A stretch of 64,000 bases of DNA, taken from Podarcis erhardii. Taxonomy: Eukaryota. Shown one piece after another: positions 12,973 to 26,052 of this stretch. The position numbers were made by a program, and so were the translations under genes. The first letter of the stretch is position 1. Every line of letters begins with the position of its first letter. The stretch lies in assembly GCA_964252035.1 (NCBI GenBank), contig OZ176210.1; one strand, given 5' to 3'. The notes beneath the pieces were generated by a model that was given only the letters and a program-made list of their open reading frames with translations, was not told the origin of the DNA and did no database searches.

Positions 12973-14267
12973 TACACATGCTTGATGTTCTCACAGAAAT
13001 CCAATGGCTGAAGAGGCAGAACTTCCTCGTGCATAAGTTACTCCAGTTTTTTTTCAGAAGTCTGCTGTCCCAACTCTTCATCCTGACTTACCCCCAATAA
13101 CCTAAAAAAGTCTTAAATTGCATACCTTCCAATTTTTGGCAGAGACTGATTTTACTATCAAATGAATTATTATTAGAATCTAGTTCTCCAAGGACTCTTT
13201 ACTATCTGGGTTCAGAGATTAGTTTTTTAGCCAGTCCACTGGACCAGGTTTTGGGGGTCCCTCAGACAAGTCTATGCAGCCTTTCTCCCTTCAGTTTGCC
13301 ATTGCTAATGTCTGCTCACTTGCCCAGACAACTAGCTGGCAGACAAGGCGTAGTGAGGAAAATGAGTGTCTGTTACAGATGCTTCCCAATCAACACACTT
13401 TGATTTTATTTTTGCTTTCTTACACTTCTACCCATCTTGTTGTTGTTGTTTTTTACGCTGACGTTAATTCTCAATGCAAATCATTTTGGAAAGAAAGGCA
13501 GGATGCAAACACTTCAAATAAAATAAAATAAAATAAAATAAAAACCTTAGTTGTTTTTATGCATGGGTTTATAAATAAAATGTGTATCATGCTCTTGGAC
13601 CCCAAGGTTCAAGAACACTTGGACTTGCTGACATCTTGTTGTATGTTAAGAGCAAGAACGCTGCAACAGCTGGTGGCAGAAAACATGCCCGTTTAGATTT
13701 ATCTAATCCATCATTAAACAAATTCACCTAAAATGTAGTTTTGAACAGAATCTGAACAAGTTTACAGAGGAAATCAGAATTTAAGAGCAGGTTTAGATAT
13801 TGCATTTCTCAATTCACGTCAGCAATGCAGGCTGTCAGCCTGTGCTTGTGTTTCTGCCTGCATTGTGCCTACACCAAGGAAGCCTGCTCCTCTTCTCTGG
13901 CTTCTGTAGTCACAGCAGCTGGAGAAAGCACTCAGAAAAGTCTGAAATTGCCGTAGTATCTTAACACGCCCTTGGCATACTTCTGAAATTGTGCTGCTTC
14001 AGAGCAAGACTGGATGTGTATCCTAAGCTACATTTTGCAATTCTTAAAGTTGTGAAATCCAGCTGATGAAGCAAGGGTTTTTGTTCTTCTAAACGAGACC
14101 TTGTAGAAATAATTAACTAGATCTCTGGGAAGATATGGGAGGGGAGGAGAAATACTTTTATTATCAGAAGAGGGAAGAAGGGAAGTACCAACCAAGCAAA
14201 GTTGTACCAAACTAAACATAGTACAAAAGCACATCTGATATTTGACGTCAATGGGCCAATTTCAGTA

Positions 14268-14509
14268 CAGTGGTACCTTGGGTTACGTACACTTCAGGTT
14301 ACAGACGCTTCAGGTTACAGACTCCGCTAACCCAGAAATAGTACCTCGGGTTAAGAACTTTGCTTCAGGATGAGAACAGAAATCGTGACCCGGCGGCGCG
14401 GCGGCAGCAGAAGGCCCCATTAGCTAAAGTGGTGCTTCAGGTTAAGAACAGTTTCAGGTTACGAACAGACCTCCGGAATGAATTAAGTATTTAACCCGAG
14501 GTACCACTG
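14268..14509. mobile_element. Tc1/mariner MITE
   Basis: TA|CAGTGGTACCTTGGGTTA...AACCCGAGGTACCACTG|TA. Confidence 0.92.
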
Positions 14510-14829
14510 TACTGTACCTACAAACTGAATCACAAGAAGGAGAATGGCATAGATGTTTCTTGCCGTGCAGATGCAGAAAAGAGTGTGATCCACACAATAT
14601 TCAACATTCCCATTGCCCAAGATAAGACTCACACAACCTACTTTCTTTGGTGTGATAGAATCTACAGGTGTTTTAAAAAAATATTTTTAGTAGAGTATAT
14701 TATTTTAACTTCCCTTGTGCAACGTCTCAACCCTTGCACAATCAAGAGTTTGCTAGACCCTTAAAAATGTAGTATAAACACCAACAATTAGGAAACACTT
14801 GCCTGCGAGCGCTCCAGTTGGAGAACAAC

Positions 14830-15075
14830 CTTTTCCAAAAGTGCCATGGGCTTTGAAAACACTCAAACTCAGGACGCAAGGGAGAAATGTGCTAAGAGGA
14901 AGGCACGCTTGGCAAATCCACACCGTGATCAACTCCCGCCCGGAAACCAATGTCCCCACTGTGGAAGGACGTGTGGATCCAGAATTGGCCTCCACAGTCA
15001 CTTACGGACTCACTGTTGAGACCGTGTTTATGGAAGGCAATCTTACTCGGCTACGAGGGGTCGCCAAAGAAGAGG
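14830..15075 (+). mobile_element. RTE-clade LINE 3' end
   Basis: FSKSAMGFENTQTQDAREKCAKRKARLANPHRDQLPPGNQCPHCGRTCGSRIGLHSHLRTHC* (C2H2-type RTE C-terminus), then short 3'UTR and GAA-type tail. Confidence 0.82.
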
Positions 15076-16124
15076 AGACCCTGGAAAATCCAGGAAAAGG
15101 TGAACCAGGCCGTGGAGAGTCCTGACTTGGGGAAACATCTAACGATTCTAACCATTCTGCAATACCAGTTCCACACACCATTACACATAGAAAGCATCAA
15201 GCAGAACTTCATCAATAGTGTCCATATGCTTATATTGTAGCAGGAAGTGGTAATATGATTGAATCACCACGAGCGAGCAAACAACTGCAAATAGAACCTG
15301 GGAGCTAGCAAGCAGCATTACGTTTGTAATCTGATCAGCTGGATAACCAGCAGGACTAAGTCATGGCGGCACCTGATGATCTATAATAAATCACATTAAG
15401 CAGCCCAAGGGCAGTTCTTACCAATGTACTTATTATGGTGCTAAGCCCTTTGGCCTAATTAGAAGACACACAACAGCTACAGGGATGCAACATTTTATTT
15501 ATTTCATCAGCTTGGTATATTAAGAGCAAGCCGAATTATGGGATAAATCTTCAACACAGATTCCAAGGTCACAAACAAGATGCATATAGAAATGACAGAA
15601 AATTTCATTTAACTAGATTGGAGTTTGAAGGGACAAGAGGTCATTGGAATTGTACATTCTATTCATTTAAAGAATTCGGTTTTATAGCTTTGTTTGGATT
15701 GCCATGTTGCAAAATTCTGATTTGTATTCCAAGCAAACAAAGGAAAATCACCTAAACCAGTGTTTCCCAAACTTGGATCTCTAGCTGTTTTCAGACTACA
15801 ATTCTCATCATTCCTGATCACAGGTCTTGCTAGCTACGGATGACTGGAGTTGGTGGTGAAAGAATGGTGAGATGGTTTATTTGGAAACTGCATGCCTATC
15901 CTGAAAAGTGTAGATCTGAAGAACTGTAAATAAAGAGCTGAATTATTTAAAGAACCAAAACTAAAGATCACATCCCACCAACCCATGATTTTTTTAAACA
16001 CAGATTGGGAGACATACATCAACACAGCATTGATTTCTAGATGGAAAACCAGTGCTTTAGCCTTAATATGGTTAACTCCAGCAGATGATATTTGACATAA
16101 GCCAGTTTATTAAAATTGTGAGTA

Positions 16125-16313
16125 CAGTGGACCCTCCAGATATGAACTTAATTCGTTCCAGGGGTCAGTTCGCACCCCGAAAATTATGTAAATAGAGGCA
16201 TGCTTCTGCACATACACACACGGCAAAACCTGGACGTATACACTTCCGGGTTTGCCATGGCCGTAACCCGAAGATTCTGTATCCAGAGGGATACGTAAGA
16301 AGAGGTCAGACTG
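16125..16313. mobile_element. Tc1/mariner MITE (decayed)
   Basis: TA|CAGTGGACCCTC...GAGGTCAGACTG|TA. Confidence 0.75.
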
Positions 16314-16801
16314 TACTTGTAAATACAAAATTCCTGAAAAACACGCTCTCAAATATACAGCACAAATAAACCAAAGTTTGGCAATATTTTTTGATCTGGA
16401 AAATGTTTCTGAAATGTCATTCAAGTTGCGGTAATGCTCCTATTTCCTGTAGCCACGTACGAAGGAAAAGACATTGGGGACTGATTCTAATGACTGACGT
16501 AAGAGAAGTTGTTAGAAGGGCTGATTTTAAACCTTGTGTGCACAACCTGCAGGATGCGTAAGGCCCTTCCAAGCAGACATCACTGATTTCTGCTGCCTGG
16601 GGAGACCCTACGCCCTCATTTTTTGCCACCAAACAATGCTGCCTGTGATGGGAGGAAGGACCGCAGTTTCCCACCCTCAACACAAACCTTTTTGATGCCC
16701 TGACCTCTCTTGCCATTCGACTTGTGCACAAAAGAAGTTAAAGCAAATGCGATTTGGTGAATGCAACCTGCAGGAATGGGTAACAGCATCCTCCGACTTA
16801 C

Positions 16802-17008
16802 CCGTAGCTTGGCAGAAGAGGAAGAAGGTGGTCTGGGCACCCACACGCCGGATCTGGTCACTTAGGAACGGTGGCATCAAGGTGACTGTGGCAAAATCTG
16901 CGCTAGACCAAACATCGGGCTGGGGACTGATGGATGGAGGACGCGAGTCACTTTCCATACAGGACAAAGAGGAGGAACCAGTAGGAGGGAAAGTTATGGG
17001 AGATGAAG
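16802..17008 (-). CDS. SEMA4D: SEMA4D alternative C-terminal exon A (linker + first half of a different Ig domain)
   Basis: Long polypyrimidine tract then CACAG|CT TCA TCT...ACG G|GTAAGT; 207 nt, phase 1-1; (A)SSPITFPPTGSSSLSCMESDSRPPSISPQPDVWSSADFATVTLMPPFLSDQIRRVGAQTTFFLFCQAT(G); resembles human isoform 2 (ASSPKPLPPPGSSSLSC...LLPPFLSDQ...FYLFCQATG, recalled). Confidence 0.88.
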
Positions 17009-17282
17009 CTGTGGCAGAGGAGGACAGAACAGGAAAAAGAAGAAGAAAAGGGCACTAAGGAAAAAAGTTCTAAGAACACGCCAAAGAAACAGTTTGCAAA
17101 GGAGGGAGAAATGAGCAGCAAACATTTAATCAAAAGAAAGTTCCTTCTTATTTCAGTTTTGAAATACAGGAAATCACACCTGTTCAAATCTTACAGCGAG
17201 AAAACCCTCTAAGGCTTCTGGTTTTTTAAAAGACAAGTTGTTATTGCTCAAGGACAAGGATGAAATACAATGAACTTCAATA

Positions 17283-17288
17283 TTTATT
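17283..17288 (-). terminator. SEMA4D: Candidate polyadenylation signal (AATAAA) of the membrane-isoform 3'UTR (~17265-18737)
   Basis: tttatt on + strand ~1450 nt past the stop and ~275 nt before the alternative exon acceptor; the cleavage site cannot be confirmed from sequence. Confidence 0.55.
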
Positions 17289-18737
17289 TCCTTATTTTTT
17301 CATATATACAGAATCAAAAATAGAAAAATAAAAGCAAAATGAACCATACAAAATCTAGAATAGTTTACACTAAGACCATCTAAGGTGTGTGCTGGGGAAA
17401 TATTTCAACAGGAACAAAGAAAAGAAAAGGACTTTGGGACATGTTGCCTACTCAGTCGTCCCTATTTCTAACCATATTTACATGAGACACAAAAGACAGC
17501 GAGAGACAAGGATTTTTTAAAACTGTACAGCACAAAGGAGTTTTACAGACAAATAGTGCCGTTGTTGAGTCCCAGGAGAGATTAAAGTGGTCGACCCTTT
17601 GGGCAGTTTTCTGCTCTTCTCTGGTTTCTTTTCTCCAGTTGCCTTTTTGGAAAACATTGGTGGAAGTTGTGAAGAAACAGTGAAAATATTTGGCAAAGTT
17701 GATTATGGGAGTGAGAGAGGCTGGAGCCCTATTGCTTCCCAACTGCGGGGAATAGTTACAAAATGCATGACATCCTCAACTGTCTCTTTTGAGAGGTCCA
17801 TCGCATGTTTGCCAAGGTCCGCATTGTATCTCTGAAATAGAAGCCTCTCACACTGCTGCGGTTCAATGACTACTGTTTGTCCACAATAATCCACTTTTTA
17901 AAACCTTAAAACAATTCCATAAAATCAGTTAATGTGGCAGTGTCCAACTACATCTTTTTAACATCTTTTTTCTAAAGCTAAACTCCCCACAACCCAAAAA
18001 TGAACATTAAGCTCTCAAAATGATTACCATATCAACGCCTCTAAAAAACAAAAGGGGGGGAGAGACATTTAACCGAAGCTTATCCCTGAGAACCTTATGC
18101 AACTCTAGAATACATCATATTCTAAAAAGGTACACAAACAGTTTTGGAAAGATCCAACATTTCTTTCACCAGCTAAAACTACCAGACAAATGCATTAAAA
18201 TCACTAGATGCAAAGAAATGTCCCAATCTGGACAAAAAGGCTATTATTTACCAATCTGATAAACTAAACATCATTTCCAATTTGGAATTAAACTGAAATT
18301 AGATTTTTAATGGCAGTTAAATACGTGCAGGCAGGAGCTACTGAAATCCTTTTTGGTATGGCTCTGCAACAAGAGTTAATTTTACCTTCTATGAAAAAGA
18401 GGGATTAATCAAAATAGTCAGTATGTGCAAGTGTTAAATTTTCCTTGGCTGGGGAGGAGGGGAAGGGCAGCTTAGAAGCTCACCGTGTGAAACCGTAACT
18501 GGCCATTTAAAATAAAAAAGAAACACATAAGAAATAAGTGTGTAACAGAACCGTTTTCAGAAAATGTGAGATCTCTCTCTGCTCTATCCAGGTGGGAAAT
18601 GACAATGTGTCACTTAAAAAAAGCTTAGAACACGTAGCCCTTTCTGGCCCAGTTATCACATCTAAAATGTTTTGTGTTCGGAAACAAACGATTCAGAATG
18701 ACAGTACTTTCATTAGGGAAGGTGGGTTTTTTCTCCT

Positions 18738-19657
18738 TTAATCCCCCTCAGCATCCGAGTCAGCAAATTTCAGTTCGCACTTGACATCAAAAGGTTTGTC
18801 CTTGACTTCCTTGTAAGACTGCGAATGGTCCTCATCGTGTTGAACATGGCCGTTTCCATAGTCGGCTTCAGTCTCGTATCCCGTGTCATGTGCCGGTTTT
18901 GGGTGCTCCCCGCTTTGGGTCAGGAGACTGCCTGGCTCCACCAGGGTCTCCTTCACGCTTTGCTCACAGTCAGAGAAATCAGCCTTGGGCTTCTTCTTCC
19001 CAAGCAACATAGCGGAACGAAACTTCAGGCACTGGTCCGGCAGAAACCCTTTGTAACAGTTGTAGGCAAACAGGCACAGGAAGAGCACGAAAAAGAAGAG
19101 AAAGAGAAACATCAAGAGGGAGTTATCGTTGGACCTCAGAAACATGGTCTTTGCAGAGACCTCGGGAGGCGAGTTCAAGAGCTCGACATCAGGTGCAGTG
19201 CTCATGAGGGTGGGGACAATGGGATTCGTCACTATCCTGGACGTTGTGACTGGAACCACCGGGGAGGTGGACATGTGAGCGGCCGGGTCTTGGATCGCGA
19301 CAGTCGGCATTTTGGCTGCTTCCACGTTGCGTTCCGTCGGTGTGGTTGGCTGGGTGGGGCTCATCGTGGTGTGCTGGACTTTCCTCAGTTCCAAAATATG
19401 TTTAGCCAACACTTGCGAGAACTTCTGGTTCTTCACTTTTTCTTCCGACAGGCACTGATAAACGCCGCTGTCGCCCTCCGACAAATTGAAGATCAGCAGC
19501 GCCTTCTCCAGCAGGCGGTACTTCGGACTTTCCACCTTGAGCACATCGTCCTTGAATTTCCAAACCACCTGGGCCAGGTTGGACTTCTGAGAACATTTTA
19601 GCTCTGCAGTGCTGCCATGCTTGAAAGTGTGCTGCAGATAATGCTCTCTTACTTTAT
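18738..19657 (-). CDS. SEMA4D: SEMA4D terminal coding exon, membrane isoform (Ig domain, S/T/P stalk, TM, cytoplasmic tail)
   Basis: GTTCCAG|AT AAA GTA; ...ELKCSQKSNLAQVVWKF...DSGVYQC...TM LLMFLFLFFFVLFLCLFAY...KCELKFADSDAEGD*; the 14 exons sum to 2571 nt = 856 aa + stop. Confidence 0.97.
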
Positions 19658-20462
19658 CTGGAACAGCAAAATAAATGTAAACGAGAACAGAAATGAGTTT
19701 TCTTTTCAGTGTGGGGAGCAGGCCAATTCAGCCATGCAGGCATATACAGGGGAAAAAACTACCAGCTCACAAGAAGTGTCACGCTAGCCTGAAACAACAA
19801 CACATATATACTCAACACAGGGTACAACTTACAATAGATGTGCATTTGGCTAGGATAAAGTGGTGGCATTCCTAAGTATCTCTGGAACTGCTTGCTAAAC
19901 TACTGTATTCCAAAGATGGAGAAATCTGTGCAATTAGCGTATGATTTGTGTACGGGGATGAGGGGAGTAACACATGAATGCTGCTTTAAGCCTTAAGTGT
20001 TAAAAGATGATGTTCTGTCATCACAGGAACAAAGACTGCGTACACAGGCTCATCCCAATAAAATGAGCACACGTGAAATTGCCAGGGGGAAAACCCCAAA
20101 CCAGCCCAGAAAGTGCAAAACCTCAAAAAAATGAATGATCCGAAGAGTCATAAACATTGCTGAAATGTTTAAGTGAAACTACCTTTTATCTGAAATACTG
20201 CTTTGCGTTTAAATTCTTTTGCAAGAAAACACAACCACCTGGTTCACACAACACAGTAAGCCAAACTATGGCTTTCTGAGACCATAGTAGCTTCCGAGTC
20301 TGGCAGCGTTCCATGTGTGCAATAGGGATTGCCAAACAGAGCTTTCAGTAACTCACACGTGGTGGACAAAGCCAGAAAGTATTTGACCATAAGAAGCTCT
20401 GAGTCTATGAAGCTTTGGATCATGTGCCCATTGCAAAGAAAATACTTGGGAGTTCTACTACA

Positions 20463-21380
20463 CCAGGCCTTTTTGGTGATGGCTCCCCACCTATGGAATG
20501 TTCTCCCCAGGGAAGCATGCCTGACACTATCACTGGCTACTTTTAGGCACCAGGCAAAAAACCTTTACAGTCAGGCTTTTGGTCTTTAGATAGTGTGGTC
20601 TCTTTTAGTAGACGTCAATGCCTTTTTATGTATATCACTGCTTTTAGCTTTTATTTGTTTTAACTCTGTACTGGTTTCAATTTTCGTATTCTAAGTTGCT
20701 TTTCAGCTTTCTCTTTCGTTAAAAAACTGACTAAAAGCCCAATAAATAAATAAAAAAGACCAGAATCTCTATTCAATGTATTCACACCATATTTTGTTCA
20801 TTAATATAGCAGCAATAGCAACAGCAACTCTTTGCAGAAAATGTGCTGTTACGGCAAGAAATCCCGCGTGTTGCAGCCAAACTGCTGACTGAGGTTGGTT
20901 ACAGGGAACACAGATACTCCCTCGTTTAAAACAACCGGATACTGGTCCATTTCCAGGCACAATTTAAATTGCTGTTTATGATCCTCAAAGCCATATGTGG
21001 CTTGGGCCCAGACCACCTGAAAGATCGTGTCTCCCTGTGTGAACCTGCCTGGGTGCTAAGACCCTTGGGCCTTCTCTCGGCCCCATCAGCATCACACCTA
21101 CTGGTAGCACAAGAGATAGCCTTTTCTGTGTCTCAAGGGAGGCTGGACTGTCTCTTTCTGCCAGTTTTCTTTCTGTCCTATTCAGACAGGCCTTTGGAAA
21201 GCAAGGAGCAAGTGATCAGTGGCGTGCTGTCAGCACAAACTGTTTTAACTGCTGATTCTAGCTGTGCCCTGATGTGTTTAAATTAATGTTTCTATTCTAT
21301 AATGTTTTTAAATGTAAGCCACCTTGAATCCCAACTTGGGAGAAAGGTGGCATATCAATATGTTGTTGATGATGATGATG
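20463..21380 (+). mobile_element. Two decayed L2 3' fragments (~20463-20760 and ~20961-21380)
   Basis: QAFLVMAPHLWNVLP and LKAICGLGPDHLKDRVS motifs; L2-type 3' ends. Confidence 0.65.
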
Positions 21381-21485
21381 ATATTCAAGGGTTTGAGGCA
21401 TCATCTCTGGGCATGCAAAACTTGTCATTTTGGAAGGCACACCCAAAAGTATTTTCAGTCAGAAACATTACATTAGACATTAAAA

Positions 21486-21708
21486 TGCTGGTACCTCGGT
21501 TTTCGAATGTAATCCGTTCCGGAAGACCATTCGAGTTCTGAAACGTTCGAAAACTGAAAACTCAGTACAGAAAACTCAATATGGAAGGAGTGTGGTATGT
21601 TTGACTTCTGAGGCGTGTTCGAAAACTGAAGCATTTACTTCCGGGTTTACGGCGTTCGAAAACCAAAACGTTCATCAACGGAGACGTTCGCTAACCAAGG
21701 TACCACTG
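21486..21708. mobile_element. Tc1/mariner MITE
   Basis: Left ...GGTACCTCGGTT, right AACCAAGGTACCACTG|TA. Confidence 0.8.
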
Positions 21709-22170
21709 TATTGATTTCATAAACCCCATGACAATTCAAGGGTATAAAAGACAATTTCCTCAAGTAATTACAATAACAGCTAACAGAGGGGTCACCAACA
21801 TGTGCCGACAGAGACCTTCTCTGAGTTCTGGCCCCCTGCCCCTCCGTCCCTCTGAGAGAAGCCTCCTTAAACAAACAGAAGACTTTTTTGAAGCCTAATT
21901 CGGGCATGGCATAGAGGAAAGGTTACAGCTAGGGAACAGTTGTAGCACATGTGAGGTGGCCATAGACTGAGAATTGGCCCTATTTGGGGGGGGGGGGGAG
22001 GCAAAAACAAGCCAAAAATAAAAAGATGTGGGGTTTTTTATTGTAACAAAAAACTACACATTAAATAGAAGTGTTAGATATCGCACCAAGCATTTTGTGG
22101 AGGAGCTCAGCCCAAATGTTTATTACACTTATTATTTCCCCACCTCTTTTGGAAAGAAAGAAAAGCTTAC

Positions 22171-22217
22171 CAGCAGTACAAGAAGAAGCATCGCCACTAA
22201 TATTCTGAATCCAGTCC
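22171..22217 (-). CDS. SEMA4D: SEMA4D coding exon 13 (end of PSI; branch point to the two alternative C-termini)
   Basis: 47 nt, TTTTGTAG|G GAC TGG...GCT G|GTAAG; DWIQNISGDASSCTA; phase 2 in, phase 1 out, fitting both neighbours. Confidence 0.92.
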
Positions 22218-22979
22218 CTACAAAAGTAAAGAGACAGTCAAAGAGTCAATACATTTACCATCGCCTACCCTCCCTACCCTCTGTGTGCAAATCTCTCCCC
22301 ACCTGCAAATTTGTTATCTGCCTCCCTCCAAATGCCTGGAAAGGCGGCACTGACAGGATTTGATAATATCCAAACAAGTGACGCAGGAGAGGGGGAGAGG
22401 AAGGAGCGCAGAAGCCGTCGGATCACCTTTTGCTGAAGGGCAGCATTCCACAAAGTGACAAACAGACCCTTTATTTAAATAAACAAGTTGTGTGTGTTTG
22501 CAACAGTTTGGAACACAGTTTGGGAAAGCCGCTGTTCAGGAAAAACACTTTTGGAAAAAACACTTCTCAGACATCGCAGTGATTTTGAGTCTGTTGACTC
22601 CAAATTTGTGCCGAAGCCCGGAAGCTTTCTTTACAGACCTTTAAATGGGAAAAAATCATTTAAAATATCTGCAATCTTCTAATACCAGGATATCTGGTTT
22701 TAATTGTGCCCATGGAGGTGAAAGAAAGAGCTAGAAAAAGAACAGCCCACAATTTTTTTCAGGCTAACAGCTGCTGTGGATTTGGCAGTGAAATGTTTCA
22801 TAGGGGAAGTTAGAATCACGCGTGTTATGTATTGACATCCCGATATCATGTGCGTGAGCATCGGGCTTCCCTTTCCTAAGCCACCCAGCAGCTTTCTAGA
22901 CGTTGGGAAGGAGGTGTCAGACTTTAATACTTCAATACTCCAATTAACCAGGAACATTCAGGGGACTAGCCTAGTCCCG

Positions 22980-23449
22980 TAGTAGTAGTAATATATTTCT
23001 ACCCTGCCCATCTGGCTGAGTTTCCCCAGCCACTCTGGGCGGCTCCCAACAGAATACTAAAAACACGATAAAACATCAAACTTTAAAAATTCCCCTAAAC
23101 AGGGCTGCTTTCAGAGGTCTTCTAAAAGTCAGATAGTTGTTTATTTCCCTGACATCTGATGGGAGAGTGTTCTACAGGGAGGGCGTCACCACCAAGAAGG
23201 CCCTCTGCCTGGTTCCCAGTAACCTCATTTCTCTCAGTGAGGGAACCGCCAGAAGGCCCTCAGAGCTGGACCTGGGTGTCTGGGCTGAACGATGGGGGTG
23301 GAGACGCTCCTTTAGGTATACCGGGCCGAGGCCATTTAGGGCTTTAAAGGTCAGCACCAACACTTTGAACTGTGCTCGGAAACGTACTGGGAGCCAATGA
23401 AGATCTTTCAGGACCAGTGTTACATGGTCTCAGCGACCACTTCCAGTCC
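22980..23449 (-). mobile_element. L2 LINE 3' fragment
   Basis: LTFKALNGLGPVYLKERLHPHRSAQTPRSSSEGLLAVPSLRE; (TAC)n tail. Confidence 0.87.
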
Positions 23450-23816
23450 ACTGACCGCACACCACTGGGTACAGAGGGATAACGTAGTGCTGCTGACAGC
23501 CTGACTGCTGTAATGGGAAACTGACACGTCCCACCTAATACGTAAGCTAGAGAGGAGTGGTGGAAAGCAGGCGATGATCTGACTTGCTAATACTGTGTAC
23601 TGCAGTTCTATTGGTAGGCAGCTCCTGTAGTGGCCTGGTATTCGTGCCCAGCTTCCTGAGGATGTTTAAGGAGGTTCTCTCGAGGGGAAGCCCTGGAATA
23701 ACATTATGAACAGCAGAACTGGGCCCTGAGATCATCAGTTGGGGTGCTTCCCCAAATTCCTTCTCAAACAGATACTTTTGTTCTGTTTGAGACCTCCAGG
23801 TATAGGGTGGTATATA

Positions 23817-24584
23817 CCGTATTTTTTGCTCCATAAAACACACTTTTTTTGTGTGTCTTATGAAGCGAATGCTCCGCGGCTCTCTTTAAAGCAGCAAAGC
23901 GGGACAGGAGCTGCTTACACGGGTGTAAAGCAAGCACAGCAGGAGCCGTGTAACCCTTCTGCCCCCACGCTCAGCCGCCCCACTGGGATGGGTGCGTGCA
24001 CACGCATACCACCCCCTTGGGATGATGCTCGTGTGGGCTATGTGCCGCCACACAAGACCCTCCCTCCGCCACTGGTCTTGCCAGGACAGTAGTACCTTCC
24101 TTTGCAGAAGTTTGAAATTTGAAGGGCGGCTGTGGTTTGGTCCTTGTGTTGTGTATGAAGGTATGAATTAGGTAGGTTTGACTTTAAATGGGAATTGAAT
24201 CAGATTTCTCCCTCATTCCTCCCTCATATGAAAGCCCCCAGAGCACTCTGCAATGAACAAAAAGGAGGAAAGTCCCACTTCTTTTGGCTTTATTAAAATA
24301 ATTGTGTAGGGCCAAACCATACAGTCCTTAGAACTAAGGGACTCAATGTGGGAAGCTCATATATTTCCATTGCTAGGGGGAAAAGTCTCTCTTCATTTGT
24401 AAATGACAGGGATGATGGCTCTTAATGCCACTGTTGACTGCTGTTCACTTTACATGGTTGAAATATTATTCTGATATACCGGTAGTTTATTAAATAGTTT
24501 AGTACAACATTTGATTCAAAATATTTTTTTTCTTGTTTTCCTTCTCTAAAAACTATGGAGCGAAAAATGGAGCGAAAAATAAGG
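23817..24584. mobile_element. pogo/Tigger-type non-autonomous DNA transposon
   Basis: TA|CCGTATTTTTTGCTCCATA...TATGGAGCGAAAAAT...GG|TA; the right TIR carries a short internal duplication. Confidence 0.7.
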
Positions 24585-26052
24585 TAAATTCAATAAAAAA
24601 GAATAATAAATAAAATACAGGCGGTGGTGGTGAGGGCAGGCCTTCCAGCAGTCAGCTGTGCTCCTCAGACAGGCTCACCTAGTGCCTACTTCAATGTCCT
24701 TTGGGTGCCAAATACCTTTTTCGTTTTCCCAGCCTTTGAAAAAGTGAAGCCATTGCTCTTAACAGCTATGGGCGTCCCTTTTAAAACCCGGCTGCAGACT
24801 GGAGCAAAATGGCCGCCATGCTGGTCCACGCTCCCAGTAAACCCACACTCAGCTGCCAGGCTAGAGAGTAGGGTGCCCCTATAGACAAAGGGACCGGCCG
24901 ACAAGTCTGCATTCCCACCATTTTCATCATCAGCCTCTTCCCACCGTTTCCTCTGGGGCCAGACAAAATGGGCGCTCCCATCTGGGAGAAGCTGTCATTA
25001 TCTTTGTTTTGGCTTTATGTGTGCCACCCGGAGTGTTTTTACCAAGTACAGCTTAAAAACTATGAAATAAATATATAAAAGCAACAAGAAGATGCGGTAA
25101 ACAATGATTATGAAGATAGTTATCTATTGCAATACCGGTATGCTCTGCAATGACAAAATATCTGTAACTATGGAGCTTCTGGTTGTTGTTTTAAGAACAG
25201 TAAGGTAGGTTTGCATGGTTGAAAGATGAACAGCTGGATATGCATCTAGCCAGGGGTGTTCTGACTTGGGCAATTTGTTCTTTCAGAGCCTATGTCTGTG
25301 AACTTGTTTTCTTACACTTATATTCCACCAGTCTTCCAGGCCTGCTACATTTCTTACATTTATATTCTAGGCCTGCTCAGCTTCAGCGAAGAGCCCTTCA
25401 TGGGACCATGTGTTTTTCATACGTAAAGTAAAAAAATGTGTAGGTTCTGTTCGTATACATTAATTATTATGTTGATTTTGAAAGGCAATTCAAAGTTGCA
25501 GCGTTTGGGCTGTGCATTCTCTGTGCTGCTTTTTAAGTAAAAGCCTATGCCCCCAAAAGCTTGAACTCTGCACAAATCTATTTTGCATTATTTACTCTGC
25601 CCCTCTTGATTATGCTAAGTGGCAAAGAACTCTGCACTCCATGGTTCAGTAGGAACTTTTTCAGAAATCACTTCTCCTTCTCCCTACAGATTTTTGAGAT
25701 TTCACCAAAGATTGCCCACACGCTAGAAATGTCTTGCGGTACCTGTTTACAACAAGAAAGGTGACTTGTGAAAATCCTGTGCATGTTTACTTCAATGCAA
25801 GTTCCACTGAGTTCAAATGATATTATTCCCAAGTAAACATGCATAGGCATAGAATTGCAAGAGGAACAAGGAAAGCAGCAGAGGATTCTTCTCAGGGTGC
25901 TGCATTTTGTACCAATTTCTGCTGACAATGTGCTCTTGCAATTATAGAATACAGAGGGGGGGGGGAGAGGGAGAGGGAGGGAGAGTTTTGCATTCCTTAG
26001 TTGACCCACGTAAATATATACATTCCCTCTACTTTGCAATACATCGGTGATA

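Noticed and set aside
19150-19380. S/T/P-rich stalk between the SEMA4D Ig domain and TM
   Set aside because: A divergent low-complexity stalk is a normal SEMA4D feature.
18825-19601. 258-aa + strand ORF
   Set aside because: Antisense shadow of the GC-rich SEMA4D terminal exon; no recognisable domain or splice context.
23762-23792. Perfect 11-bp hairpin TCTCAAACAGA/TCTGTTTGAGA
   Set aside because: Too short for a pre-miRNA, and a stem this long can arise by chance in 64 kb.
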